From Eledone cirrhosa (Eukaryota): DNA of 64,000 nt. This document shows, one piece after another, positions 51,946 to 64,000 of this stretch. Position numbers and translations under genes: made by a program. The DNA lies in NCBI GenBank assembly GCA_964016885.1, contig OZ024741.1, positions 91,760,001-91,824,000 of the forward strand, given 5' to 3'. The notes under the pieces are model-generated. The model did not search any database and was not told the DNA's origin. It saw only the letters and a program-made list of their open reading frames with translations. How positions within the stretch are numbered: position 1 is the stretch's first letter; each line of letters starts with the position of its first letter.

Positions 51946-53144
51946 CATCTCTTTCTCACTTTCTCTATATCTTTCTCTATAAGAAATCTACTCTATCCAA
52001 TACTATAGTGATTGGGGCTGCCACATTTAAATGCTCAGATGTCATGACGGCACCCCTACGACTCTATTGGGAGTTCAGGGTCCATGTATGTATGTATTTA
52101 TGTATGGATAGATGGGTAGATGGATGGATGGGTAGATGGATGGATGGGTAGATGGATGGATGGGTAGATGGATGGATGGGTAGATGGATAGAGGAATGGA
52201 TAAATAAATAAATGGATGGATGGATAGATTAAGGAATAGATGGTTAGATGGGTATCTGTACTTGGATGGGTTAGGGTTAGATATTCATGTAGCATACCTG
52301 TCAACTCTCCTCGTCGGACGAGGAGATCTCCGACCCACATTGAGGTGGGTGAGAGATGTCTTCTCTTGTGAAAATGGGTATAGCTTTCTTTATATAAAAT
52401 CTCCCCAGTTTGCCTCATTTCTCACCGTTTTGAGGCACTTTTTTCATGGTTCTCCCCGTTTGCGTGTTTAAGGTTAGCAGAGCAGATCTGGTGTAAGTGC
52501 ATGGGCATGCATACGTAGTTGAATGAATGGATGTTTTCAACATTATATGCTGCGTGAACAATGATTTTCTTTTCGCTTAAATATAACTGTGTAGCCTGTA
52601 ATCAATATGTTAGAGAACACCACCATTAAATTAATTACGTTATCAACCGTATTACCAGACTGTTAGTTATAACATATCAGAAACTCACCAATAAGTGAAC
52701 AAAATAACATTATAGAAGCTACGGTAGATTATGATTACCATATAAATTACATTGCTTTTCTATTAGTTATGGTTTTACTGTTATTTAACAAAGTTGATTG
52801 TTTTTAATATTAACAACAAAATTCTTCATTTTGTTAGAGACAACGAAATTGCATTTTATTTTCATCATTACTAAATCATGTTTGTTGTTCCGACGATTAG
52901 GTTTTCTCGCTGCGATCGTTCATTGACATCTGTACATGAAAGAAATATATTTCAAACACCTCACGTGCTTCCAATATTGTCATTACATTGTTCTTAATTT
53001 TCTTAATTGGATTATGTATCTATTATTGATTATAATTATGTACGTACACATGCACATACGCATACGCATGTATACACATATACACGCGCGCATACACACA
53101 CACATATATATATGTACACATATATATATATACATACTTATGTA

Positions 53145-53186
<42 letters not shown>

Positions 53187-53238
53187 TATATATACTTGTG
53201 TATGTGTGCATATATTTAATAATCTGTTTTTTTAATTT

Positions 53239-53536
<298 letters not shown>

Positions 53537-53954
53537 CAAAGAGAAAGAGAGCTTGAAAATATGTGAAAGGCTGTATAGTTAATGATTATCGTGATTAAAA
53601 AGAATTTAATTTTCAGTCTAATATAATAGAAGGAATTCTAAACGGTGTGACTGTTTCATCTATATTTCATCCTTAATTAAGAATTTGCATGTTTAAGATG
53701 AAGAAAACAAATATTTAGATAATTATGTTTTGTGTATGATATTTATTATTCAATATTGTATCATATATTGTTAACGTTTAAATAAAGTGCAACTGAAACG
53801 CTATTTCATCTATTACATCAATGGTTCCGAACCTGGGACCGCAAAAGTAACACTGGGTGTCCGCAAATGTTGATCCGAGCTTTCTGCAAAAGAGCGGGAA
53901 GGAGATATGCGTTGTTAAAATGTTCAAGTACTTTGTTATAATCATAATATCATA

Positions 53955-54068
53955 ACTGTTTCTACTTTAGGCACAAGGCCAGCAATTACACAGTGCATTA
54001 CTGGTACTTTATTTTATCGACCTCGTAAGGATGAAAGGCAAAGTCAACCTCGGCGGGATTTGAACTCC
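53955..54068 (-). mobile_element. SINE family A (partial)
   Basis: Reverse-complement match to 318-432. Confidence 0.8.
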
Positions 54069-54355
54069 ATAATACACTGGGATTTGTAGTCTTCTTTAAG
54101 TATAAACATTTCTCTCTTTTGATCATTATTCTCGCTGGGGAGTGGTAATTATAGTGGAGGTAAGGTGTCCGTCGGAAAATCCATTTAAATCAGCAGTTCA
54201 AAATCTAGCACCCACACAAATCGTACTGGCGGTTAGTGAGTTAAATACACATTTCCAAGTACTTTGTGATAAACATGCTATGCACATCTATCGAGTATCC
54301 ATTATTCTCTAAGTATACACATTTTCTTTTCTTTGTTATTATTATTGTATAGCAA

Positions 54356-54752
54356 AAGGGTGGCGTATTAGCAGTATCGTGATAGCTTCGGACAACATAC
54401 TTTACGGCATATACTTACTGCCCTTTACATTTTGAGTTGAAATCCCGCCGAGGGTAGCTTTGCCCTTCATCCTTACGGTATCGATTAAATAAAATACCAG
54501 TAACGCACTGAGGTCTATTTAATCAACTTTCCCCTTCCCTTCAAAATTACCGTATTTCCCGGCGCCGAAGACGCTTCGTCCTCGAGGACGCACCCTAATT
54601 TTGACAACCAAAAATTTGAAAAAAAATAATAAACAACCTTCTACCTCCAGGACGCATGGTAGATTTTTTGAAACTTATTTTAGGAAAAAGGTAGCGTATT
54701 AGACACCGGGAAATACGGGACTGGCCTTGTGCTAAATGTAGAAACAATTATT
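54356..54752 (+). mobile_element. SINE family A interrupted by a MITE
   Basis: Removing 54550-54720 restores AAAATTA|CTGGCCTTGTG, as seen at 60987-61005. Confidence 0.8.
54550..54718. mobile_element. 169-bp MITE (Tc1/mariner/pogo type)
   Basis: Terminal inverted repeats CCGTATTTCCCGG / CCGGGAAATACGG; TA on the left, GA (mutated TA duplication) on the right. Confidence 0.85.
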
Positions 54753-55754
54753 ACTCACGTTCTGAGTTCAAATCCCGCCGAGGTTAGTTTTTACTTTCAT
54801 GCTTCCGGGGCCGATAAAATCATGTAATAATTAAGTACCAGTATCAAAATAATGGAATTTCCCCTTCCTCCAAATTGCTGGCCTTATTGTATAACGATCT
54901 GGGAGGAGAGTAATTATAGTGGGTGTCTATAGGAAAATTAATTTAAATAAAAGGCTCCTTGGGAGTGGAAAGGTTGGATATACTACAGCACAGGACTACA
55001 TCCGCTTCTTTTCTCTATATCTAACGGGGACTTTAAAGGCATCATTACCCAAAAAAATGTGTTGTACCTGTAATTTGAAGGACACCTTTGTCATACTAAA
55101 TCTCCTTGAGATTTGTGTTCAGGGTACACGTGTCGGTGGATTGTTCAGCCACTTGCACATCAATTTCACGATATAAACACCAGATTGAAAATGGGTGTTC
55201 ATTATATTACTAGACCACTTTTGATACTAAACTGCTTAAACTACTCCTTGTTCTACGATACCAAGCTGTTTATGTAAGAACATGTGTTCAAAATATCAGC
55301 TTGATAATGTGTGACCTGTCCTGGGAGACGTGGAATGGACGCACAAATATTTCGTATCCTGAGACCCCAAAGGGGAGAAAACCATGACAATTAATAATGA
55401 GGTAATTAGTTATATTACTAAATACCTCCAAATTCTTGAATATTTTCAAAATTGTTAAAAGATCATAAGCAGTGGCTTTCATTAGGAATAAGGTAACTAA
55501 ACTGTTAAAACGTTGACTTTAATCTTGACTTCGAAAATGTTTTTAATTTTAAAATTCCACTGAAATCTCTATATTCTCATTTTCATAATTCAATGATTTT
55601 TTTCGCTTATTTCTTCAAGGCAAATTATTTGTTTTTCCTTTTCTCATAAATTCAATGTATTTATATTTTTTAATGACATTTGAGAATAACAGAGGAAATG
55701 AAAAAGAAACGATCCTCAAAACATCTTGAAGATATTTCTGTTATTTTATTTTCA

Positions 55755-55883
<129 letters not shown>

Positions 55884-56825
55884 GAAATCAATAAGTGTAT
55901 CTCTTGGCAGCGTTCGTCAATATCTTTATCTATACTTACGAAAGCGGAATTTATGAAATGATTAATTGCTGTTGTCTGTAATAATAACACAGATTTCTGT
56001 TAGATTTCTACATCTTTTAAATTATTCGTAGAAAATGCCTAAAGCTTGCTTCACATTTAACGCCAACAATCGACACAAAAAGTATAATACATATTCATAC
56101 TTCGTTTCACAATCACAATATTTTGCAGATCTTCTGCTTTGTTGCAAAATTTTCTGTTATGAATCGAATATTTTAACTGCGCTATGTGAACAATTTCATT
56201 CTCGATTTGAATTTGGCTTTATAGTAAAATGTAATGAAACATTATCTATATACTCATACTGTTCTTACAGACGTTAAGACCAACATAACTGAGTTACTAG
56301 AACTTTCAAAGGTTTTTATCGAGATTCCTTCACAAAAAAACATACCATCCTTGCTAATAAAGTATGTAATAAAATATGCTCACCATTTTAAAGCCAATAA
56401 CATACGGTTTAAGGTAAATTTGGCTGCTATTTTCAGCATGTCGAGTTACTATATAAAGACTTTTTTCGTGTAAATAGAAAATGATGGAAATATACTTATT
56501 TGTTACAACGCGTTTAAGTTTATTCTTGATTAAAGGTTTTGGCAGAGAAAATAGCGAATGCGTTACTATCATCATAATAAACATTAGGGGATGGGGTCCA
56601 TGGAGGACGCGAGATGTTCCCACCGATATGGGTTATATGATAATCTCTTCAGAGAGTGCTGTGATATTATATATAGTTACAAATTCGTCCGTATTGTCGA
56701 TTAAATAGAGTTCAGTACGAAATCTCTATCCCACCTCCATCTTCAACATCACAAGTACATGAGTAGTATATGCTTGTTGTTGTTGCTAGAATACTGTTAC
56801 GATTATGTTTACACACACATGCCTG

Positions 56826-56916
56826 CATACATACATACATACATACATACATACATACATACATACATACATACATACATACATACATACATACATACAT
56901 ACATACATACATACAT
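56826..56916. repeat. (CATA)n microsatellite
   Basis: Seen directly. Confidence 0.95.
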
Positions 56917-58139
56917 AGACACACATATATAAATACGTACACATACGGACTTACATATATAGATACATACAAAAATATGCATACATATATACATAAACAC
57001 ATGCAACATACAAACATACATACACACCCATACAAACATATTCATACACATATACGTACATATACGTGCATATATACATTCATATATACATAAATACATA
57101 TACATATATATATACATTCGTTCTTGTTAACAAATGTGCCTGGTAAATCAAAAGAAACACCACAAAGATTACAAAATCTTTGATGTTGTCTTCTAACAGG
57201 ATGGTTAGTGATCAATATTCATAATTAATCGATACCAAAGCAGAAAGTATATCTATCAATATTGTATTCATTGACGGCGATATATAATTCTCTGTATTAT
57301 GAAAGAAAATCATAAGTAACAATAGTTACTTCATCGTTATATCAGAAACACTATTTGAGTCTGGTGTCTGTACGTGGTCATTTCGTTTGCTAGAAACAAC
57401 ATGTTATATTTCACACCACGCTCTATCATCTTAAGTAGTAAGAAGATGCAGGAGAGTGTATTTATAGTGTTACAATATATTTGTTAATATGTTGGATATT
57501 CAAATAACATCAAATTACTGATATTATATAACAATTTGACCATATATATTAATGCAAATACAGTTTAATAGAAACAGAAAAAGAAAGAAAATTTAGATTG
57601 AGAAGAATTGAATGTAAAATAGGAAAATATAGAGAAAAAGAGAAAAAGAAAGAACAAACGGGAAGGGAAGAGAATAGCAAGAACTTTAGTGTCACTGAAG
57701 AGTGGGGAGCGAGGAAGGGTGAGGATGATTGGGCTCTGGGCCTAGGGTGCGGAGGTAGAAGGGGCTGTGCCCCGAGGACAAGACAACAAAAGCATTCCCG
57801 CGGACAATGGACAGTGACTATATTTGACAATATTATAATTACTAGAACGTTCAATGTAGCACCACACCATCCAATTCCTGACGCAAACCGTTTTACCCAG
57901 AACAATATATAGAGTTCTTTGTCCGACCATTTTGTTGTTTAGCTCCACATCATCCCTCGTCGTGCAGACTTAAGATCAAAAGCATTCTAGCGATAGGTAT
58001 TCCATTTTTTTTTAATATAGTCAACCTCAAACTACATCCTCCGATATGCCTCCACCCCTTTTTAATGACTGATTTGAGAAATTTGATAGCTATTTCGAGC
58101 AATCTAAATGTTTTTTTTTCTCTTTGTATTAAATTGCAT

Positions 58140-58900
58140 TTACATGTTATCATCTAGTACAGGTAATTGGTGATAACCTCGGTTGAGGTATATTTTGGAG
58201 AAAATCGAGCACCTTGCTAACTGAACCGAGAAGCCTTGTATATGCAGAATGGAGTAGCAGTAGGGTGAGGTACTTTTGTTAAGACGGCGATAATCCATGC
58301 TGGGTCGCCAAGCTCTATTGGGTTTTGGCGCTTCGTGTAGAGGTGAAGACCAGGGACGGTTTGATCGATGAACGATGCCCAAAGCTTTCCATATTGTCAA
58401 ATTTGACCTTCACAATAGCAAATTTGTCTGGTGGTAGACGACATACACGGTTGTGTACTGGAGAACGGTGGTGAGTTGTGGATTGGGAGATGTCATGATA
58501 ATGAGTTCCAGGTAATTTAAAAGGAATTCCGGGAACTCGTTCTTGGTCTCAGAGACGTTTGATATATGAAAAGTCACACGTGCAGATGTTGCCAGAGATA
58601 CAGAGGCATACTTACTGTTATTAACGAGTCGTCTCCCCTGATTATCGACCAGCAATGTGTGAGCCCGAAGGAAGTCTGCTCCAATGATAGGCTGATGGGC
58701 ATCAGCGACGGTGAATGTCCATGTATATTACTGTGAGCCTCTGTAGAGGGAGAGAGTATGGTATCTGTAAGCTTTGACTGTAGAATCATTGGCAGCTGCC
58801 ACTAACTCCCCTCTATATAACGGAGGTCGTTTGCAGATGCCGGGATGACACTGACTTCTACTTCTGTGTCGATTAAGAATCTGACTGGAGATCTGATCAT
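58140..58900 (-). mobile_element. Degenerate Ty3/Gypsy pol fragment (protease + start of RT)
   Basis: LIDTEVEVSVIP, AANDSTVKAY, and PWSSPLH..WRPSMDYRRLN..FSKIYLNRGYHQLPV. Confidence 0.85.
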
Positions 58901-59236
58901 AGACATACAGGACGTTTTTTATTTGGGGGGATCCGTTTTTTATTGGGGGAGGGGGGCTGTTTTTTAGCCACAATAATTATTTTACCCACCACTTTACCCA
59001 CAATAATCCTTTTTTATTTGGGGGGGATCCATTCACATGTATATCAATTACGTCCATCACGTAATGTGTATGTGTATTTGTGTGAATGTATGTGGGTGTA
59101 AAAGGAAGGAAAGGGATACACACATATATATGTCTAACTTAAAAACAGTGACACACACAGGTGTCTCTAATTTAAGAACGCCGACAAACTCACGCGCGCG
59201 CACATACACACACTAACCTATTACCACTCACGAGAT

Positions 59237-59674
59237 TTGGCCCGGGCAAACATCCCCTCAATTTTGGAACGGTCTGGGTTGTCCTGAATTGGTGGGAAAA
59301 GACTTGACGGTCTTACTCTGTGCTCCTGGTCAAGAGGCAGGTGCCTTACCTGGGACATCACAGTTAGTGACACTTTTGCTTCTTCTCACATTCTGGATGC
59401 AGCGGTAAGGGCGAGAGCTACAGCTTCCGCAGCTGAACGGAACAAAATTCTAAAATACCGTGTTCTGTCAGCTAACTACATTATCCAGCCTGTGGCGTTC
59501 GAGACGTTTGGGGGAGTCAGGCTACTGACAGCGAGCTTCTTATCTTCACTGGCGGCTCACCAAACAGAGGTAATTGGTGATGCTCGCGAGAGCACTTGGC
59601 TGTTCCAGCACCTCAGCCTCGCCATCAACCCGGGTAATGCTGCGAGCGTGTTGGCCTTCCTCAAAAATTATTAG
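59237..59674 (+). mobile_element. 3' fragment of a CRE-like non-LTR element (restriction-like endonuclease)
   Basis: IPSILE..GKRLDGLTLCSWSRGRCLTWDITVSDTFA..AERNKILKY..PVAFETFG..LFQHLSLAINPGNAASVL; one in-frame TGA near 59285. Confidence 0.8.
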
Positions 59675-60109
59675 AGAGGTTTCCCAGTGCTCCTCGCTAT
59701 ATTGCTATCTTTTGCTCTGGTAGCGGCTCCTTTTCTTACTCTTTCCCCTACATATTGTTCTGTGGCCTAAGATGTGTGTATTACCTGCTTGTTTTATTTT
59801 TTCTCTTTCTTTTTTTCCTTTCCCTTTCCTTTGTATATATTATATTTGTTAGCGTTTTCGTTCTGTAACCATTATATTAAATGAGTTTAAAAGAAAGAGT
59901 TAATAAATAGATAAAACGTTATACTTGTTTTACCCTCCCATTTCCAATTTCACCGACCGCTGTTATTATGACTATGTGTGTGTTTGTGTAAATGTATGTG
60001 TGAATGTTTGTGTGAAAGTATGTGTGAATGTATGTGTATTTGTGTGAATTATGTCCGTGAGAGTGTATTTTTATAAGTTTGTGTTTGCGCGATTATAGTT
60101 ATATACTCA

Positions 60110-60290
60110 TAATTGTTTCTACTTTTGGCACACGGCCAGCAATTACCCAGTCCATTACTGGTACTTTATTTTATCGACCCCGTAAGGATGAAAGGCAAAG
60201 TTAACCTCGGCGGGATTTGAACTCAGATCGTAAAGGGACGTAACTATGCTGCAAAGCATGGCGTCCGACTCTCTACCGATACTGCCAATT
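60110..60290 (-). mobile_element. SINE family A
   Basis: Close reverse-complement match to 250-432. Confidence 0.88.
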
Positions 60291-60827
60291 CAAATAGTTA
60301 TATACTCATACATATAGATGTATGTGCACACTCATACGCGACAGCGTGTAGAAAATCATAATCTCTCTATCTCTCTCATCACACACTCTCTCTTTCTATA
60401 TATATGTGGTAGTTGAAGTGGTGGTGGTGGCAACGATATACCGGAAGTGCAACTTTGAAAAGAAGTCAATTTTAAATTATTTATTTTTACGAAATTATTT
60501 ATGTTTACGAAATTTAGTAGATAAATTATGTAATATTCATTCATTATTTATTCAAAGTAATCCAACTTATTTTACTAATTGGATTAAAAGAAATAAACCG
60601 TACGCAGTCCCGCAGACCTTCTTTTATTATAGTTTAGATAGGAATTACCAGAGATAATATACCGCCCGCGAGAATATTTGCGGTATTTGTTCGACCTCAG
60701 TATTAATATAGTAATTAATCAGTAAACAAAATATAAAATAATGGACAATAAAGACGAATTATACATATAAATCAGAAACCTGTATAAGCAAGTTGTATTT
60801 TAATGTATTATTTTATGTATTTTAGAT

Positions 60828-61022
60828 AAAGCATCGGACACCATGATTCGCGGCATAGAGTTACATCACTTTACGTTCTGAGTTCAAATCTCGCCGAAGT
60901 TAGCTTTGTCTTTCATCCTTACGGTGTCGATAAAATAAAACACCAGCTACGCACTGAGGTCGATTTAACCGACTTTACTTTTCCCCAAAATTACTGGTCT
61001 TGTACCTAAATCAGAAACCTTT
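60828..61022 (+). mobile_element. SINE family A
   Basis: TCTGAGTTCAAATCTCGCCG..GTCGATAAAATAAACACCAG. Confidence 0.75.
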
Positions 61023-61428
61023 ATTTTATGTATTTTCATTTCTTATACAAATGTCATATTTTAGTCCAAAGCGTCAATCTACCTCCCTCTCCCTGGGTAG
61101 TCCTATCTGCATCTGGGGGTCAATATCGACCAGCTTTGTAAACATAAGTTCATGGTTTGAGGCATCTATAAAGTAACTTTCAAAAACATTAGAATGTATT
61201 TCTACACTAATCGTATTCTCAAAAGCATGTCTGACGACTGACTATTCTTCAAGCCAGCCAGTCGTAAATTAATATGTCGTAATGTTATAGGCAGTACTCA
61301 TATATACTGGAATATGTACATTGTATTTTGTTGTTTTTTTATGTAAGTCTTTACATAGGAATGGCGTGTTCCACTCAGTATGTATCCAGACGTAGGAATA
61401 TTTAAATTTAACTACTGAAACACTGCTA

Positions 61429-61536
<108 letters not shown>

Positions 61537-61604
61537 TCGTGTCTCTGTGTATGCATGTCTGTATGTGTGTGTGTTACTTTGTAGTTAATCTCTCTCACCC
61601 ACAC

Positions 61605-61657
<53 letters not shown>

Positions 61658-61854
61658 TAGAGAGAGAGAGAGAAGTCTAGTATGATGGTAACAGGAAAGA
61701 GGGCTCAATGCCATAGCTGAGTTTTATGGGTTTATTAAGATTAAGTAAGTACTCTGAGGTTTCTTCAGCATTATTGCGGTGTCGACCCTCTAATCATACA
61801 AGAGTTATTGAAGGAAGATCAACAGAACATTGACTCGAACTTAATACAATTATA

Positions 61855-61917
<63 letters not shown>

Positions 61918-62048
61918 GTGAGGTTTTTTTTACAAAATGAAAAATAACCGAGGTGTCCTACACGAGTGAAAGTATAAAGAAAAAGAGATGAAATCGAAAA
62001 TGCAACTGGAGTCTTATTTTTTTTTTAAATATATATATTTATTTGGTT

Positions 62049-62086
62049 CCTTTACCGGTTTCGCAGTTCTTCTGCTTTTCAAAAGG
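62049..62086 (-). ncRNA. Hammerhead ribozyme, family F (U3-A8 core)
   Basis: Identical to 18267-18304. Confidence 0.7.
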
Positions 62087-62328
62087 TGAGTTGAGATGGA
62101 GGGTCTGTGGTTTTTCTCACATCTGGTTGGTCTCTGAATGTTACTTGTTTTATATGGAAAAAGTGGCTCGAAATGCCAGGTTTTTCGAGAAGTAATTTGA
62201 TTGGGTTGTCAATAATTATAATAAATTTCGCGCCAGTTCGCGTTACAATAGTTCTTCAAATAAGAGGGGGAGGGGGGGTTTGTCTAATTACTATGAAAGA
62301 GTAAAAAAACTACCAGCAATCAAAAATA

Positions 62329-64000
62329 ATGACCAAATTAAACATAATGATTTATCGATACCAGGAAGACCTAACTAAAAAGGAACGCGATTATTTAACA
62401 AATTTTGAATACAAAACCAGCAACCTTTACGGACTTCCGAAGATCCACAAGTGTAAAATAATCAACGATGCCTGTAAACAATCCACCTCAGCCTGCGTGA
62501 ACACACAATACCCCACAGACCTTAAATTAAGACCAATTGTAGCGGGCCCACAATGTGAAAACACAAATTGAGTAACTTTATAGACATACTACTGAAACCA
62601 ATACTGAAACACATACCAAGTCTTGTAAGAGACGATCTGGACCTCTTAAACCACCTCCCCAAACATGTCAACAACGACACTATTATTGTGTCTTTCGATA
62701 TAGTGAATCTCTACACAACGATCCCACACCAATACGGACTAGAAGCAATAGGATTCTGGCTAGAGAAATATCCCAATGAGATACCTGACAGAATAGAAAA
62801 AAGCTTCATCACCGAGGGATTAAAATTCATCCTACAGAACAACTTTTTTTATTTCGATGGCAATACTTACAAGCAAATATCGGGGACTGCGATGGGTACA
62901 AAAGCCGCTCCAACTTATGCCAACTTAGTCATGGCATACTTAGAAGTCCAGATATATGAACAGTCCAAATCAAAATACGGATTGAACTTCCACAAATATT
63001 TATCAGAGAATTGGAAACGCTACTTGGATGATTGCCTCATTCTTTGGTCCCACACACTCGACCAACTGAAGGATTTCAAAAACTTAATAAACGGCATCAA
63101 TAACCACATCCAATTCACAATGGAATACAGCCAAGATCAACTCCCATTTCTGGACATCTTAATCTTAAAAAAAGACACAAATATCGAAACTGACATACAC
63201 TACAAACCAACAGATTCCAAACAATATCTGCTATTCACCTCCAACCATCCAAAGCACACGAAGACGAACATTCCTTTTAACCTAGCAAGAAGAATCTGCA
63301 CAATTGTCTCCAATTATGAAACGCGAAATAAAAGACTTCAAGAATTAAAGGAAATTCTACTCGAGAGAGAGTACCCACTATTACTAATAAATAATGGAAT
63401 AGAAAGGGCTAAAGCAATAGGCATTGATGAATTACGGAAACAGAAACAAAGTCAAGGTACGTCCAATATTCTATCATATATCTCAACACACAACCCAAGA
63501 AATGCGGAAGCTTACAACACTATTCACAATAACATCCCACTACTAAAACAAAACCCTAGAATGAAAAAAGCCCTTGAAACACACAAAATAATCAAAAGCA
63601 AAAGACAACCAAAATCACTGAAAACATTACTCACCAATGCCAAATTACCTACCACAAACCCACAACCAACTGTCAAAAAATGTGGTCGCTCTAATTGTGG
63701 AACCTGCACTCACCTCATTGAAGGCAACACGTATACATTTAAATCAGGACAAAATTTTACTGTAAAAAATCACTTCACTTGCTCATCAAAAAATCTAATT
63801 TATGCCATTAAATGTAAAGGATGCAATGAAGATTATATAGGACAAACTAAACTCACACTCAGAAACAGAATGACAGTTCATCGCCAACAATTACGAGATC
63901 CAACCACGAGACAGATACCACTAAGTGCATATCTAGACATTTGCGCAAGTAATAAGACACCCAAATTCCAAGTCTTCCCATTTTACCTTTGCGCTAACAA
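62329..64000 (+). CDS. PLE RT + GIY-YIG protein; one frameshift near 62560, then open to the window end
   Basis: Manual translation from 62568: LSNFIDILLKP..RYLDD..YKPTDSKQYL..YIGQT; absent from the ORF track because no stop falls inside the window. Confidence 0.85.

Larger units (their letters stand above)
61911..64000 (+). mobile_element. Neptune-like PLE with inverted 5' pLTR; runs off the window
   Basis: LYGLPKIHK, LRPIVAG, SFDIVNLYT, GTAMGT, WKRYLDD, LPFLD, CGRSNCGTC linker, LIY..YIGQT..RMTVH. Confidence 0.93.

Noticed and set aside
52292-52485. Possible small hAT-like MITE (also 53820-53870)
   Set aside because: Second terminal repeat and target-site duplication not convincingly found
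55900-57960. Non-repetitive-looking stretch as possible host exons
   Set aside because: Short ORFs with no recognisable domain or supportable splice structure
62560-62575. TGA in a PLE ORF as possible selenocysteine
   Set aside because: Homology continues in another frame, so this is a frameshift rather than in-frame readthrough

Overview
AT-rich, microsatellite-dense eukaryotic DNA with no supportable host gene. The SINE families suggest an octopod cephalopod, but that is an inference. The window is almost entirely a nest of transposable elements. It holds Penelope-like retroelements (PLEs; RT + GIY-YIG) of at least three lineages, an L1/Tx1-type LINE, remnants of RTE, CRE, R4-like, Gypsy and Tc1/mariner elements, many tRNA-derived SINEs and a MITE. 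The strongest hidden signal, found by manual folding, is about 26 type I hammerhead ribozyme (HHR) motifs in about 12 sequence families, most with a short palindromic helix III. Several have variant cores (CCGAnGA, CAGAAGA and a compensatory U3-A8 UUGAAAA). They sit in three contexts: PLE pseudo-LTRs, ORF-less tandem units of 481, 553 and 432 nt that resemble retrozymes, and foldback cassettes with one ribozyme on each strand. Most of these elements abut (TA)n arrays. One PLE also forms a ~5.5-kb near-perfect palindrome whose junction creates a stand-alone GIY-YIG ORF. All folds and alignments were done by eye; boundaries are approximate and ribozyme activity is untested.
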